Source of the DNA: a virus
Lineage: Duplodnaviria; Caudoviricetes
Length of the DNA stretch: 64,000 nt
IMG/VR virus record: IMGVR_UViG_3300046528_000065
Coordinates: 1 to 64,000 of that record
Reading direction: 5' to 3' (one strand)
Shown: in pieces, positions 61,795 through 64,000 of the stretch
How positions within the stretch are numbered: the stretch's first letter is position 1
How the letters are laid out: each line of letters begins with the position of its first letter
Notes under the pieces: model-generated
What the model was told of the DNA's origin: nothing
What the model saw: the letters and a program-made list of their open reading frames with translations, nothing else
Database searches by the model: none
Translations under genes and position numbers: made by a program

Positions 61795-64000
61795 ATGAGT
61801 CTTGAAGCCAGTTCTTTAACAATCAACGTAGTCAGCCAGGGAATATCTGACGCAACCAAAGCCCTCGAAGCCCTCGCCAAAGCTGGCGACGCCGCTGAAA
61901 AGGGCACCTCAAACATCGGCAAAGGCGCAGCCGCTGCCTCCAAAGCCGCTCAAGATTCCGCCAAAGCTGGCGTAGACGCCGCCCAACAAGCTGCCTCGCA
62001 ATACAACGCCATCATCGACATGATGACGGAGAAATCTAAGACGTATTACGCGGACAAAGCTGCAAAAGCTGCCATTGCTGCCCAGCAAGAACTCTTCGAC
62101 GGAATGTCCGTGGTGGATAAGTTGTGGGCGCACCGTGATGAAACGATGCAGAAGGAAGCAGCAGCTCGTGCAAAGGAATCCGCAGACATTCGTGCTCAGC
62201 AGCAGTCTATCATGGACGCAGCAATAGCGCGGTATGCAGCGGAGCAGGAACTCGCTAATAAAATGAATGCGTCTTATGACAAGCGTGTATCTACAAGCGT
62301 TGAAGACGCCCACGCTGCTGCCATCATTGAAGATAAGAAGCGAGCATGGCAAGCATTAGGCCAAGTACAATCTGAAGCTATCAGGATCAACAAGGAACTG
62401 GACGCAGCGCAGAAGCGCGTTGAGGATGACCACGGCAGGGCTATTCTTGAAGATAAACGTCGCGCATGGAAAGCTCTCGGTCAAGCGCAGAGTGAAGCGC
62501 AGTCTATCAATGCAAAGCTCGACCGCGATTCGCAGCAGGCTAAGGCTGACGGGGATGCATTCGTAGCAATGCTTAAAAAGCAAGCTGAAACTGTTGGGTT
62601 GACGACGAAGGAACTCCGTGAGTATAACGCTGAGCAGCTTCGCACAAAAGCAGCTCAATTGGGCGTCTCACAACAAGTCGAGCAGCACATTCAGACACTC
62701 CAGAAAGCTAAAGGCCCTCACGAGTCCTTCAACCTCCTGACAGCAGGCTCTGCCCGCGAATTGATGGTGTTGGGGCACGAACTTAGCCAGGGCAGCTTCC
62801 AGCGTTTTGGCGGCTCGCTGATTGTTCTTGGTGAACGTATTAACTTCCTCCCGAGTCTGTTAGAAAAGGCTGGAGCCGCCGCTGCCTTCTTGGGTGTTGG
62901 TCTTGGGGTGTTAATCGCTGCAATTGCGGCTGTTGTAGCCCTAGTAGCCACCTCAGTGATCGCGTACAACAAAAGCTCCACCGCGATGAAAGAGATGCGC
63001 AACGAAGTGATTTTGACAGGTGGCTCTATCGGAGCAACTGGCGATCAATTGTACGCGATGTCTAACCGCATTGGGGAAGCCACAGGTAACTTCGGCAAGG
63101 CACGTGAAGCCGTGCTTGGGTTGGCAGCTACAGGACGATTCACTGCCGAACAAATCAATATGATTGCGGAAGCGGCAGTTGGTATGGAGAAGTATGGCGG
63201 TGTGGCTATCGAAAACACCATCAAGCAGTTTGAGCGCCTTGCCGCCGAACCGCTCAAAGCAGCCGATAAGGCATTCAAGGGTGTCTCTGACGCAGCAATG
63301 CAGCTCGACCAACAACTCCACTTCCTTGAACCGACAGTGCTTGCAGAGATTATGCACCTGGAGCGCATTGGTGATGTGTCTGGTGCATCAAAGGTGGCAA
63401 TCTCTGCTCTGGCAGAAGAAGAGAAATCGCGTATTGCGGAACTTAAGTCACAATTAACTCCGCTCGGTGCAGTGCTCGACACCATTGGTGAAAAGGCATC
63501 GAAGATGTGGCACAACCTGTTCCATAAAGAGTCGATGCAGGACCAGTTGCAGCAAGTATCGGATCAAATCACCGAGACCTTAAGCCACCTTGCGACTTCC
63601 GGCGACAAGGGATGGCAGATGAAACACCTTGGGGAGTTGATGAAACTGTCTAACGACATCCAAGGGAAGATGGCAGCAGGCGAGCGAGCCGCTGCGGATA
63701 AAGCTGCCAAGGTGAGGGAAGACAACGAGACGAAACTCGGGGCCATCCAACTGCGCAACCTGTTTGAACGCTCGAAGAGTGAGGAGTCGTTTGAACAACG
63801 TAAGATGAAGTTTGAAGAGAACCTCGCAAAGCAACGGGCAAAAGCAGCCGCCGATCCTGCATATGCTAAAGCTATGGAAGACTTGATTTCCCCATCGGCT
63901 GAGAAGTCTATGCTGGAGAAGATCAAGAAAGACAGTATGCAGGCTGAAAAGAAGCCTAGAGGCGAAGGGCTTTCTGGCATTGATGAACAAATCGCAGCAA
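61795..64000 (+). CDS. tape measure protein (3' truncated by window end)
   Basis: Sampled hand translation MSLEASSLTINVVSQG...ARELMVLGHELSQGSFQRFGGSL...; Ala-rich helical; same frame at the window end. Confidence 0.9.
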   Translation, partial: MSLEASSLTINVVSQGISDATKALEALAKAGDAAEKGTSNIGKGAAAASKAAQDSAKAGVDAAQQAASQYNAIIDMMTEKSKTYYADKAAKAAIAAQQELFDGMSVVDKLWAHRDETMQKEAAARAKESADIRAQQQSIMDAAIARYAAEQELANKMNASYDKRVSTSVEDAHAAAIIEDKKRAWQALGQVQSEAIRINKELDAAQKRVEDDHGRAILEDKRRAWKALGQAQSEAQSINAKLDRDSQQAKADGDAFVAMLKKQAETVGLTTKELREYNAEQLRTKAAQLGVSQQVEQHIQTLQKAKGPHESFNLLTAGSARELMVLGHELSQGSFQRFGGSLIVLGERINFLPSLLEKAGAAAAFLGVGLGVLIAAIAAVVALVATSVIAYNKSSTAMKEMRNEVILTGGSIGATGDQLYAMSNRIGEATGNFGKAREAVLGLAATGRFTAEQINMIAEAAVGMEKYGGVAIENTIKQFERLAAEPLKAADKAFKGVSDAAMQLDQQLHFLEPTVLAEIMHLERIGDVSGASKVAISALAEEEKSRIAELKSQLTPLGAVLDTIGEKASKMWHNLFHKESMQDQLQQVSDQITETLSHLATSGDKGWQMKHLGELMKLSNDIQGKMAAGERAAADKAAKVREDNETKLGAIQLRNLFERSKSEESFEQRKMKFEENLAKQRAKAAADPAYAKAMEDLISPSAEKSMLEKIKKDSMQAEKKPRGEGLSGIDEQIAA

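Noticed and set aside
47393-63990. Many minus-strand ORFs in the track opposite structural genes (for example 51851-52798, 56780-57277, 61909-63990)
   Set aside because: They are antisense shadows of well-supported genes, with no RBS and no protein motifs.
1-64000. CRISPR array, diversity-generating retroelement, retron, tyrosine integrase/repressor, rRNA
   Set aside because: No regularly spaced repeat-spacer array, no reverse transcriptase motifs, no integrase or CI-like gene and no rRNA-like sequence seen.
1-64000. Impression that CTAG is unusually frequent
   Set aside because: Cannot be counted reliably by eye; a tetranucleotide odds-ratio calculation is needed.

Overview
The window is a 64-kb slice of a large dsDNA tailed-phage genome with siphovirus-type tail genes. 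The lifestyle is probably lytic and the host may be a proteobacterium; both are inferences. There are four transcription blocks. (1) 1-14.9 kb, minus strand: replication and nucleotide genes (family B DNA polymerase, Toprim-helicase, ThyX, a SleB-like hydrolase) among many small ORFs. (2) About 16.4-35.6 kb, mostly plus strand: a dense early/host-takeover block of small ORFs behind at least 10 near-consensus sigma70 promoters. It includes an ArdA-like acidic protein, a (p)ppGpp-hydrolase-like HD protein, a DUF262 protein and Rmf-like proteins, and is flanked by two ~1-kb non-coding regions. (3) 36.8-44.1 kb, minus strand: serine recombinase, HNH fusion, a paralog array, and SLOG, HD, ClpP, DUF4326 and PhoH genes. 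(4) 44.2-64 kb, plus strand: putative terS, a tRNA/ncRNA cluster, terL, portal, protease, capsid, a neck-region insert with an SGNH esterase, tail tube, frameshifted chaperone, and a tape measure truncated by the window end. The best leads are: an adjacent serine recombinase and HNH nuclease that share the same C-terminal DNA-binding domain; a promoter-driven, CCA-ending tRNA-shaped RNA whose anticodon arm is replaced by a 69-nt domain; and exact repeats at gene starts that suggest cassette-like shuffling of early genes. All family calls come from motif recognition by eye; no database was searched. Some start codons were adjusted from the supplied ORF track using RBS position, and several ORFs under 60 aa were translated by hand.
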